The notes beneath the pieces are model-generated. The model had not been told where the DNA came from and did not search any database. It saw only the letters and a program-made list of their open reading frames with translations. DNA of 64,000 nt. It comes from an uncultured Actinomycetota bacterium. GTDB taxonomy: Bacteria; Actinomycetota; Actinomycetes; CAVWCF01. Location: contig CAWFSE010000001.1 in the NCBI GenBank assembly GCA_963818455.1, positions 75,959 to 139,958 on the forward strand. Direction: 5' to 3'. The first letter of the stretch is position 1; each line of letters begins with the position of its first letter. Made by a program: the position numbers and the translations under genes. This document shows, piece by piece, positions 8,501-17,686 of this stretch.

Positions 8501-9373
8501 TGGCGGCGTCCAACGCGGCCGGCCGCGTCGTCGTCGTCACCGGCGTCCACCCGAGGGATCGGACTGCGGCCTGGCCCGCGAGCTGCTCAGCGCGGCGCCC
8601 GGGTCGTCGTCTCGGGCCGCTCGCAGGAGTCGGTCGACAAGGCGCTGGCCGCGCTCGGCGCCGGCGACCGCGCCGTCGGCGTGCCCGCCGACGTCGTCGA
8701 CGCGCCGAGGACCACCAGGCCGCTCTGGGACCGCGCCGTCGAGGCCTTCGGCCGCGTCGACATCTGGGTCAACAACGCCGGCATCTCGCTGGTGCGCAAG
8801 CCGGTGTGGGAGCAGTCGCCCGAAGACCTGCAGGCGATCGTCGACACCAACCTGGTCGGGCGTGATGCTACGGCACGTCGGTCGCCGTGCGCGGGCATGC
8901 TCGCCCAGGGCGGCCGCGGCATGGTCTGGAACATGGAGGGCTTCGGCTCCGGCGGCCAGAAGTCCGACGGGCTGGCGCCGTACGGCTCGACCAAGCGCGC
9001 CGTCACGTACTTCACCGACTGCGTCACCAAGGACCTCGAGGGCATGCCGGTCGGCGTCGCCCACCTGTCGCCCGGCATCGTCGTCACCGACCTGCTGGTC
9101 GACGACTACGAGGGCCAGCCGGAGAAGTTCGAGAAGGCCAAGAAGTTCTTCAACATCCTCGGCGACCAGGTCGAGACGGTCACCCCGTACCTCGCCGACG
9201 GCATCCTCGCCGAGCACAAGTCGGGCGACCGGGTCGCGTGGCTGACCACGCCCAAGGCCAGCGGCCGCTTCTTCAAGCGGTTCGTGCTGCAGCAGAAGCG
9301 CGACCTGTTCGCCGACGTCGCGCTGCCGGCTGCCGGCGGCGACACCGCGGCCGGCAAGCACCGGGCCTCCTAG
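8500..9373 (+). CDS. Short-chain dehydrogenase/reductase, NYC1/NOL (chlorophyll b reductase)-like subtype; frame-disrupted N-terminal half
   Basis: ATG 8500 (TGATG overlap). ..GRVVVVTG-STRGIG..VDIWVNNAGIS..YGSTKRAV (YxxxK)..LSPGIVVTDLL.., then the C-terminal extension AKKFFNILGDQVETVTPYLADGILAEHKSGDRVAWLTTPK. The stretch 8545-8900 needs several compensating frame switches. 8900-9373 is clean (ORF 8681..9373). Confidence 0.75.
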
Positions 9374-9384
9374 CGGAGCGCGCC

Positions 9385-10071
9385 ATGGACAACCCGTACG
9401 GCTACACCGTCCCGCTCGCGCTGTTCGACTACCTCCCGGTCCTGCTGTCCGGGCTGGGCGCGCTGTGGCTGTCGCGCGCCGCGTGGCGGCGCACGCCCGG
9501 CGGTCCGCCCGTACGCGCTGCTCGGCACCGCGTTCGTCGTCGCCGGCGGGGCGTGCAAGGCGACCTGGAAGCTCCTCGTCGCCTCGGGGCGGGCGACTTC
9601 GAGCGGCTCGAGCAGGCGCTGTTCCCGCTGCTGGCCACCGGCTTCTCGCTGCTGGCGTGGTCGCTGCTGTCGGGGGTGCGCGAGCGCGCGATGGCCTGGT
9701 GGCCGTTCGCCGCGGTGTGGGCGCTGGCGGTGATCGGCGCGCTGGCCCAGCGCACCGTGCGGCCGCTGTTCTTCACGACGGTCCTGCTGAGCCTGGCCGT
9801 CACCGCGTACGCGATTCGGCTCGCCCAGAAGGGGCACGAGCGCCCGGCGATCTGGCTGTTCGCGGCGCAGGTCTTCGGATCGCTCACCCTGGTGCCGTTG
9901 CAGCGGCTCGAGCCGACCCTCGCCGTGCAGTGGCTCGAGGAGTCCATCAACACCGTCGCGCAGGGGGCCTTCGCCCTCGGCGCGTGGCGGGTCCTGAGCG
10001 CGCTGTCCGCGCGCGATGCCGTGCCGGCGGGCGACGCGCCCGCCGCGCCTAGGGAGGGAACCCAGGCATGA
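9385..10071 (+). CDS. Integral membrane protein, unknown function
   Basis: ATG 9385 follows GGAG. About 6 hydrophobic segments (..LFDYLPVLLSGLGALWL.., ..FPLLATGFSLLAWSLL.., ..WWPFAAVWALAVIGAL..). A compensated frame slip lies at ~9490-9600. The stop overlaps the next ATG (ATGA at 10068). Confidence 0.6.
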   Translation: MDNPYGYTVPLALFDYLPVLLSGLGALWLSRAAWRRTPGGPPVRAARHRVRRRRRGVQGDLEAPRRLGAGDFERLEQALFPLLATGFSLLAWSLLSGVRERAMAWWPFAAVWALAVIGALAQRTVRPLFFTTVLLSLAVTAYAIRLAQKGHERPAIWLFAAQVFGSLTLVPLQRLEPTLAVQWLEESINTVAQGAFALGAWRVLSALSARDAVPAGDAPAAPREGTQA

Positions 10072-10814
10072 CCGACCAACTCGCGTGGCGCAAGAAGTTC
10101 GGCGTGCTGGCGCCCAGCACCAACTCGATCGTCGAGCCCGACTTCAACCGGATGGGCGTGCCGGGCGTGACCGCGCTGTTCTCGCGCATCCACATCACCG
10201 ACCCCGACCTGTCGAGCGAGGCGCAGCTGGAGAAGCTGCGCGTCCAGCTCGACGAGAACATCGACCGCGCCATCGACCAGGTGTGCACCGCCGAGGTCGA
10301 CTACATGGTGATGGGCATGTCGGCCGAGACGTTCTGGGACGGCAAGGCCGGCAACGACGCGTTCAAGCTGCGGGTCAAGGAGCGCTCCGGCGGCCTCGAC
10401 GTCGCGACCGGCGCCGAGGCGTGCGAGCGGGCGCTGCACAACTTCGGCGTCCGCACGATCGGCGTCGTCACGCCGTACCAGCCCAACGGCGACGCGCAGG
10501 TCATCAAGTTCTTCACCGAGCTCGGCTTCGACGTGGTCAAGCTGATCGGCCTCAAGCGGCCCACCGCGGTGTCGATCGCGCACACCACGCAGGACGAGCT
10601 GCGCGGCGCCCTGCTCGAGCTGAACGAGGAGAAGCCCGACGCCCTCGTCCAGGTCGGCACCAACCTGTCGATGGTCGGCCTGGCCGCCGAGGCCGAGCGC
10701 TGGCTGCACAAGCCCGTCATCGCCATCAACGCCGCCACCTGGTGGATGGCCCTGCGCGACAACGGCATCAACGACACCCTCTACGGCTTCGGCCGCCTCC
10801 TCGAAGAGTTCTAA
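10068..10814 (+). CDS. Asp/Glu/hydantoin-racemase-superfamily protein (maleate isomerase / arylmalonate decarboxylase-like)
   Basis: Intact 248-aa ORF: FGVLAPSTNSIVEPDF..DYMVMGMSAETFW..RTIGVVTPYQP..VQVGTNLSMVG..PVIAINAATWW. The two positions where I recall catalytic Cys in maleate isomerases read Ser (GMSAE) and Gly (VGTNL). Confidence 0.65.
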   Translation: MTDQLAWRKKFGVLAPSTNSIVEPDFNRMGVPGVTALFSRIHITDPDLSSEAQLEKLRVQLDENIDRAIDQVCTAEVDYMVMGMSAETFWDGKAGNDAFKLRVKERSGGLDVATGAEACERALHNFGVRTIGVVTPYQPNGDAQVIKFFTELGFDVVKLIGLKRPTAVSIAHTTQDELRGALLELNEEKPDALVQVGTNLSMVGLAAEAERWLHKPVIAINAATWWMALRDNGINDTLYGFGRLLEEF

Positions 10815-10890
10815 CCCAACGATTGAGGCGGGGGTCACACGTTCGAACGTGTGACCCCCGCCGCTTTCGTGTGACCCGTGCTGTGGACAA
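10813..10890. repeat. Left inverted repeat, containing a perfect 30-nt palindrome (terminator-like hairpin)
   Basis: AACCCAACGATTGAGGCG + GGGGGTCACACGTTCGAACGTGTGACCCCC (10829-10858), then ..CTGTGGACA. It starts at the TAA of the 10068..10814 gene. It matches the reverse complement of 11825-11905. Confidence 0.7.
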
Positions 10891-11180
10891 CGCAGTCCGC
10901 CAAACCCGTTGCGGCCCTTGGGTTGTCGATGGGACCTTCGCCCCTGGCTGAGATGATCAAGAAGACGAAACGCTGAAGGCGTCAGGGCGGCCTCGCCCGA
11001 CGAGTGGGCCTCCCCACGGGGGTGGGAACAATGCCCGCGCCAACCATCACGTTCTGGATGAACCCGGTCGCACCGGCTCCGCTCCCCTTTCGAGCGGGCG
11101 GCGCCTCACCCGTACCGGTGGGCTCGTCCCCCTGGCCACCATGGCGCTGATGGCGGCGGCGCTGAGCGGCGGCCACCTCG

Positions 11181-11786
11181 GTGAGTGGGGCGCCCTCCCG
11201 GGGCTGCGCGACGCCGTGCCGCCGGCCTCGGGCGGCGCCGAGCCGCCGCCCGCGGGGGCGAGACGGTGGCCCCGGCGCCGGGCGGCTCCGCGTCGGCACC
11301 CGGCTCGGGCAGTGGCTCCACGGCGTGAGCGCGCCGGCGGCGAGCGAGGTGGCCGCTCCGCCGACGACGGGCGAGCAGCCAGCCGCTCCTCCGGCCGAGC
11401 CGCCCTCCGCCACCGTGACCCGGCAGCAGATCACCTTCGCGGTGCTGCCCGGCCCCGTGCACATCGACGTGACCGCGGAGACGCTGTCGATCGCCGACGC
11501 GCGCGGGTCGACGTACGGCTGGGAGCTGACCCTCGGCAACGCCGCCGTGGGCCAGCAGATGGGCGTCCAGCCGGGGTCCGCCGCGGGCGTGGCGGCGAGC
11601 CGTACCTCCATCCGCAAGGACCTCACGCCCGGCGCCTACGGAAGCACGGGCGGCGCATGGGTGTGGCACCTCGATCAGGCGGACCCCGCTCGGGGCGTGA
11701 CCGTGACCTTCCGCGCGCCCGATTGCGGCACCGTCACGCACACGTACGCGCCGGCGGGCGGCGAGCTGCACGTGACGGTCGCGTGA
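11181..11786 (+). CDS. Hypothetical, probably secreted, small protein (Pro/Ala-rich linker plus C-terminal domain)
   Basis: The C-terminal ~130 codons of ORF 11181..11786 look genuinely coding (VTRQQITFAVLPGPVHIDVTAETLSIADARGSTYGWELTLGNAAVGQQ...VTVTFRAPDCGTVTHTYAPAGGELHVTVA*). The N-terminal part and the start are unresolved, and may begin ~11140 in another frame. Confidence 0.35.
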   Translation: MSGAPSRGCATPCRRPRAAPSRRPRGRDGGPGAGRLRVGTRLGQWLHGVSAPAASEVAAPPTTGEQPAAPPAEPPSATVTRQQITFAVLPGPVHIDVTAETLSIADARGSTYGWELTLGNAAVGQQMGVQPGSAAGVAASRTSIRKDLTPGAYGSTGGAWVWHLDQADPARGVTVTFRAPDCGTVTHTYAPAGGELHVTVA

Positions 11787-11824
11787 GTGGCGAAGGCGGC
11801 TGGGAGCGTCGCCCGCAGGTCGCC

Positions 11825-11905
11825 GGCTGTCCACAGGCCAGCCCCCACGTAAACGGGCGCACTCACACGTTCGAACGTGACGACAGCGCCTCAACCGTTG
11901 GGTTT
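11825..11905. repeat. Right inverted repeat (degenerate copy of 10813-10890)
   Basis: The reverse complement reads AAACCCAACGGTTGAGGCG..TCACGTTCGAACGTGTGA..CTGTGGACA. It ends 8 nt before the stop (11914-11916) of the minus-strand ABC gene. Confidence 0.7.
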
Positions 11906-11913
11906 GGGGGGGG

Positions 11914-14903
11914 TCAGCCGAGGACGGCGGCTTCGGCGGCGACGGGGAAGGCCCCGGAGCGCTCGACGGCGGCGACCTCGCCGCCGAGGTACGAGCGCAC
12001 GACCTCGGGGTGGTTGCGCACCTCCTGCGGCGTGCCGACGGCGATCACCTGGCCGAGCTCCATGGCGACCATCCGCTCGGCCATCCGGAACAGCAGCGGC
12101 AGGTCGTGCTCGACCACCACGACGGTGGCGTTGAGGTCGCGGCGGATCGCCGTCACCAGCTCGACGAGCTTGTCGCCCTCGGACTGCGCGAGGCCGCCGG
12201 CCGGCTCGTCGAGCAGCAGCAGCTTCGGCTCCAGCGCCAGCATGCAGGTGAGCTCGACCATCCGGCGGGTGCCGGTCGACAGCTCGCCGACGGCCCGGCG
12301 GCTGATCGCCCCGAGCCCCATCACGTCCAGCAGGTCGTCGGCGCGGGCGCGCTTGGCCCGCTCGGCCCGGGGCCAGCCGACGATGCGAGGCGCCGATCCG
12401 CGAGGGCTGCTCGCGCTCGCAGGCCACCATGACGGTCTCGCGCACCGTCATCGTCGGGAACAGCGCGCTGCTCTGGAACGAGCGCACCAGGCCGAGGTGG
12501 GCCCGCTTCTCCGGGGTGAGCGAGGTGATGTCGCGGCCGAGGAAGGCGACCGACCCCTCGTCGGCCTTGGTGAAGCCGGCCACGATCTCGAAGAACGTGG
12601 TCTTGCCGGCGCCGTTCGGGCCGATGATGCCGAGGATCTCGCCGGTGTAGACGTCGAGGTCGACCCCGCGGACGGCCTTGACGCCGCCGAACGAGCGGGC
12701 GATGCCGCGCGCGGACAGCAGCACCTCGGACGAGGCGGGGACCAGCGCCGGCTCGAGCCGGCCGTGCTCGATGAGCTCGAGCCCCGCCGCCGGGGTGTGG
12801 GCCGCCGGGATCTGCTCGGCCGGCGGGCCCAGCGGCGCGCCCGGCGCGGCGGCGCCCGCCGTCGCGGCGGCCAGCGAGGTCAGGTCGATCGAGCTCATCG
12901 CGTCCTCGGCCACGCCCGCCTCGTCGGCCCGCCGCGCCTCGGCCGGGTTGATCCCGCGCATGCGCGCGATCAGGTCGGCGATCCGGTTGCGGAACCACGC
13001 GACGACGCCCGCGAAACCGGCCGGCTGCACCACGATCAGCACCAGCCAGCCGATGGTCGCCACCGCGACGATGATCGTCGGGTCGCCGAGGCTGTTGAGC
13101 CGCAGCAGGCCGGGGATCGTCTGCAGGTAGATCGCGCCGAGGAACGGGCCGATCACCATGGACAGGCCGCCGACGACGCTCTGCGCCACGACGTCGATGG
13201 ACGCCTGGGCGAGGAACTGGTTGGACGTCAGCGTCGACTGCCCGTGGCCGATCACCGCGCCGCCGAGGCCGGCCAGCGCCCCCGCGGCCGCGTACACCTG
13301 CAGCTTGCGCAGCCGGGACGGGACGGCGAACGCCCGCGCGGCGTCCTCGTTGTCGCGCAGCGCCGTGGCCAGCCGGCCGAACGCCCCGCGGCGCAGGTTG
13401 GACGTGAGCCAGAAGCCGAGCGCGAGCACGCCGACGCTGAACAGGAAGTACCCCTTGGCCGTGGAGAAGACCAGCGAGCCGATGATCGGCTTGGCCGGGG
13501 TGACGCCGGTGCCCAGCATCCACTCCTGCCGCAGCAGCCACGAGCCGGTGATGAGCGCGAACGCCAGCGTGCTCACCGCGAGGGCCAGGCCGCGCAGCCG
13601 CAGGGCGGGCACGCCGACCAGCGCGGCCGCGACCGCGCCGACGATGGCCGCGGCCCACAGCCCGAGGTCGAAGTGGCCGGTGGCGTTGACCACCTGCACC
13701 GAGACGGCCGCGCCGATGCCGGCGAACGCGAACTGCCCCAGCGACAGCTGGCCGGCGAGCCCGGTCACCACGAAGACCGACAGGCCGACCAGCGTCGTGC
13801 CGACCAGGGTGGTGAGCACCGCCGCGACGCCGTTGGAGACCGCGAAGGCGAGGTAGGCGAGGTAGCCGACCACGGCCAGCATCGCGAACCGGCCCAGGTT
13901 GCGGATCAGCCAGACCCGCTCGTACGCGCTGGGCATGGCGACGCCCTTGACCTTGCTCCACTCGCCGCCCGGCTGCTGGCGGCGCGACAGCTCCTTCTGG
14001 CGCAGCAGCGCCACGATGATGATGACGCCGACGACGAGCTCGGCGGTGCCGTCGGACGCCGAGCGGGAGCGCACGACGTTCTCGACGATGCCGATGATCA
14101 TCGAGGCGAAGAACGCGATCGGCAGGCTGGTGAGCCGGCCGATCACGGCGCCGGCGAGGCCGAGCAGCAGCAGCGACGGGCCGAGGGAGTCGAAGTCCTG
14201 CACGCCGCGGGTGGGGAAGACGAGCGTCGCCGAGAAGGCCGCGATCGCGCCGGCCAGCGCCCACGACAGCGTGACCATCCGCTTGGCGGAGACCCCGGCC
14301 AGCGAGGCGGCGTCGGGGTTGTCGGCCGCCGCGCGGATCGCCAGGCCGTACCGGCTGCGCTTGAGGAACAGCGTCAGGCCGACCAGCAGGATCGGCGTGA
14401 GGACGATCATCGCGATGTACGGCGGGCCGACGACGGCGCCGGAGACCTCGAAGGACGGCAGCCCCGGCGGCTCGGGGTAGAGGTTGCCGCTGGAGGCCTT
14501 GCTGTTGATGCACCAGGGCGAAGACGAGCAGGAACGTGCCGAGGCCGAGCGTCGCGACCATGCCGAGGACGGTGGGCGCGCCCTTGAGCCGGCGGATGAT
14601 GCCGGCCTCGGTGAGCGCCGACACCGCGGCGGCGGCGGCCAGGCCGATCGGGAAGGCCACCCAGTACGGCACGCCGAGCTGGGTCACGAGCACGCCGACG
14701 ACCGAGGCGCCGAAGACGCCGATCGCGCCGTGGGCGAAGTTGATGAACTTGCTCGCGCGGTAGACCAGGACGAGGCCGACGGCGAGCAGGCCGTACGTGA
14801 GGCCGGTGAACGCCCCGACGAGCAGCCGGCCCGGCGACAGGTCGAAGCCGCCGACGTCGGCGGTGGCCACGGCCTGCAGGGCGGCCTGCACGGCGGCGCT
14901 CAC
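11914..14903 (-). CDS. Branched-chain-amino-acid-type ABC transporter, fused permease(LivH-like)-permease(LivM-like)-ATPase; frame-disrupted
   Basis: GTG 14903 (GTGA overlap with the upstream ATPase stop). ..FINFAHGAIGVFGASVVGVL.. (LivH-like). ORF 11891..14410 has ..GQLSLGQFAFAGIGAAVS.. (LivM-like), then GIIGPNGAGKTTFFEIVAGF (Walker A). ORF 11914..12324 has LLLLDEPAGGLAQSE. No in-frame stop separates the modules. Frame switches at ~14410-14500 and ~12330-12420. Confidence 0.75.
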
Positions 14904-15812
14904 GACGCGACCTTCGCCAGGGCGCCGGCGTGGCCGCCCAGGGTGATCTCGGCGACCAGGTCGGGGCGGCCGCGCAGGTCGGCGGCGAGGCCCTCGAAGA
15001 TGATCCGGCCCTTCTCCATGAAGTACGCGCGGTGCACGAGCGACAGCGCGACGTTGACCGACTGCTCGACGAGCAGCACCGCGGTGCCCTCGGCGTTGAG
15101 CTGGCGCACCATGCCCATCAGCTCGCCGACGATGACCGGCGCGAGGCCGAGGGAGAACTCGTCGACCATCAGGATCTTCGGCTTGAGCAGCAGCGCCTTG
15201 GACAGCCCGAGCATCTGCTGCTCGCCGCCGGACAGGGTGGACGCCAGCTGGTTGCGGCGCTCGGCCAGGCGCGGGAACGCGTCGTACGCCTTGTCGATGC
15301 CGTCGCGCGACCGCGGCCTTGTCGCGGGCGATCGAGAAGCCGTACATCCGCAGGTTCTCGGCGACGGTCATCGAGCCGAAGGTGGCCTGGCCGCCGACGA
15401 TCTCGGACAGGCCGAGCGCGACCCGCTTGGGGGCGCCGAGCTTGGTGACGTCGTCGCCGCCGAGGACGACGCGGCCCTCGTTGGGCTTGGCGAGGCCCGG
15501 ACAGCACGCGCAGCAGGGTGGTCTTGCCGACGCCGTTGGGGCCGAGCAGCGCGACCAGCTCGCCCTCGCCGACGTTCATCGTCGACGTCGAAGAGCACCT
15601 GCACCGAGCCGTACGAGTAGTCGACGCCGCGGGCCTCGAGCAGCCGGGGCCGGTCGCCGGACGGGGCGGTGCGGCACGGGCAGCGGCGCCGCGTGGTGGT
15701 GCGGCAGGGCGGCGGGCTCGTCGCCGCCGGAGACCGGCAGGGATGCGGCGATGACGGCCGCGCTGGCGCCGACCGCGTGCCGCGGGATCGTCGGCTCAAG
15801 CGCCTCGAGCAT
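14900..15812 (-). CDS. ABC transporter ATP-binding protein (LivG/LivF-type); frame-disrupted
   Basis: ATG 15812. ..RLLEARGVDYSYGSVQVLFDVD, MNVGEGELVALLGPNGVGKTTLLRVLSG (Walker A), TVAENLRMYGF, MLGLSKALLLKPKILMVDEFSLGLAP (tail of the signature motif plus Walker B, ORF 14900..15214). At least 4 frame switches. Confidence 0.75.
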
Positions 15813-17138
15813 GGCCGTTGAGGGGCGCGGCCGGCCCGTGGCCGTTCTGCGGACAGCGGCGCGGCCGGGGGCAGCGGCGCGCCGGGCAGGATCGTGGCGG
15901 CGCCCAGCGACGCGGTGCCGAGCACCTGCTCGATCGGGGCGGTGAGCGGGTCGAAGTCCGCCGGCGGGATCCAGGCCGGCGGCTCCACGGCCGCGGGGAC
16001 GCGGCGGGCGGCGACGCGGGCTCGGCGGTGGGCGCGGGGTCGAAGACGGTCGGGGTGCCGGCGAGCTCGGCGAGGTGCTCGGCCTGGGCGGCGGCGACGA
16101 CCTCCTCGAACGGCGCGTTGAGCGGGTCGAGGGCGGCCGACGGCGCCGGCATCGGGGGCGCCGGGGTCCACGGCGCGGCCGGCGGCGGCATCGGCGCGGC
16201 GTGCCAGCCCACGGTCGGCGGCCAGGTCGGCGGGGGGGCGGCCAGCGGCGGCGGGGCGAGCAGCCAGGCGGGGATCGCCGACTCGCTCGGCGCGGCCGCT
16301 GACGCCTCGTCGTCGCCGTGCAGCACCTCCAGCCGGAAGGCCAGCCCGTCCAGCCGCTCCTGGAACGACGTCGTGGCGGCCTTGGGCAGGCGGGTGCTGG
16401 CCGCGGCGCACGCGGCCACCGCCAGCGACAGCGTGGCGAACGCGACGAAGCCGTCGAAGCGGTTGGCGGCGAAGTTGACCCAGAGCACCGCCAGCACGGC
16501 GCCGCCGAGCACCGAGCAGGTCGCCAGCGCCGCCACGGCCGCCCGGTCGGCGGGCTCGGCCGACGACATCGCGGTGACGTCCAGGCACGCGGCGGCCAGC
16601 CCGGTCGCGGCCGCGACGACCCCGGCGGCCGCCAGCGCCCCTGCGGCGCTGGGGAGCGACGCGGCCAGCGCGATCCCGATCGCGGCGATGCCGAGCAGCA
16701 CGGGCACGGCCGTGGCCAGCCGGGCGGGGTCGGCGCGGCGGCGCGCCTCGAGGCCGTCGGCGGCCAGCACCACGACGAGCGCCGCCGCCGCCCAGGCCGC
16801 GGTCAGGCCGAGCAGCGCCGAGCCGATCGTGAGGTCCTTGTCCTGCAGCGCGACCACGGTCGCCGCGACCGAGCCGAGCCCGGCGAAGCCGACGCCGGCG
16901 AACCCGGTGCCGGAGACCCGCGCCCCGGCCGTGCGCGCGGCCCGGCCGAGCGAGGCGCCCACCGAGTCGATCTGCGCGGGCGGCGCGGCCTCGCCGGCGA
17001 CCTTGCGCAGCCGCGAGCAGCTCGAAGCCGCCGACCCCGGGGTCGTCGACGAAGGCGAGCGCGAGGCCGAGCAGCGCCGTGGCCACCGCGATGCCGGTGA
17101 GCACCGCGCGCCACGGCCACTCCGGGCCCGCTGAGCAC
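15796..17138 (-). CDS. Polytopic membrane protein with Pro-rich C-terminal tract, unknown function; frame-disrupted
   Basis: ORFs 15368..17104 and 15796..16962 give many Ala/Leu/Val-rich TM segments, then ..LLAPPPLAAPPPTWPPTVGWHAAPMPPPAAPWTPAPPMPAP.. I recognised no family. The start is uncertain. Confidence 0.4.
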
Positions 17139-17189
17139 GCCGGCCGCGAGGCCCGCCGCGACGGCCGCCCCGAAGACGGCGGCGCCGCG

Positions 17190-17642
17190 CTAGCGGGCGA
17201 GCGCGCGCACCCGCGCCTCCGGCGGCACCACGTCGACGAGCAGCGCGCGCTGCAGGGTCTGGCCGTACCCCAGCAGGATGCCGCGGCCGACGACGAGCAC
17301 GGCGAGCAGCGTGAGGGAGGAGACCTGGGCGGCGACCGCGGCCAGGATGGCGGCGTTGACCACGACGCCGACGAGCACCTTGAGCCGGGTGCCCCCGCGC
17401 GACGCGCGCACCGCCAGCAGCGAGCCGAGGCCGATCGCCAGCGCGCCGGCGATCAGCACGACCGCCACCTCGCCGGTCTTGGCCGGCAGGTCGGCGGCGA
17501 CGGCGCCCACGAGCAGGATCGCCGCGACGACGCCGGCCTGCTCGGCGAAGGAGACCCGCGCGATCGCGGTGACCCGCCCGCGCCCGCGGTCGCCGGCGGC
17601 CCGGCCGTACGAGGGGACCTGCTGCTCGCCCGTCACACCCAT
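17190..17642 (-). CDS. Small integral membrane protein, unknown function
   Basis: Tail of ORF 17190..18518 from ATG 17642: MGVTGEQQ..AGVVAAILLVGAVAADL..VAVVLIAGALAIGLGSLLAV..VLVGVVVNAAILAAVAAQV..LLAVLVVGRGILLGYG..*. Confidence 0.45.
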   Translation of the reverse strand: MGVTGEQQVPSYGRAAGDRGRGRVTAIARVSFAEQAGVVAAILLVGAVAADLPAKTGEVAVVLIAGALAIGLGSLLAVRASRGGTRLKVLVGVVVNAAILAAVAAQVSSLTLLAVLVVGRGILLGYGQTLQRALLVDVVPPEARVRALAR

Positions 17643-17686
17643 CGCGACGCGGGCGGCGTACGCGACGTGCGCGTCGAGCGGTCTGG

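Noticed and set aside
10862-11180. A riboswitch or small RNA in the non-coding-looking stretch inside the inverted-repeat-bracketed segment.
   Set aside because: I could not recognise any known riboswitch consensus or a convincing conserved-looking structure by eye. The stretch may simply be the frame-disrupted 5' part of the 11181..11786 gene.
11141-15371. The giant ORFs 11141..14587 (+, 1148 aa) and 12321..15371 (-, 1016 aa).
   Set aside because: The plus-strand ORF is antisense to the ABC permease/ATPase genes and is low-complexity Arg/Gly-rich. Only short stretches of the minus-strand ORF are real coding sequence (the ATPase1 and LivH-like pieces). The rest is out of frame.
15850-16330. 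The repetitive Pro/Ala-rich DNA as a possible tandem repeat or CRISPR-like array.
   Set aside because: There are no regularly spaced identical repeats. The pattern is codon-level low complexity within a coding Pro-rich linker. I saw no CRISPR-like repeat-spacer structure anywhere in the window.
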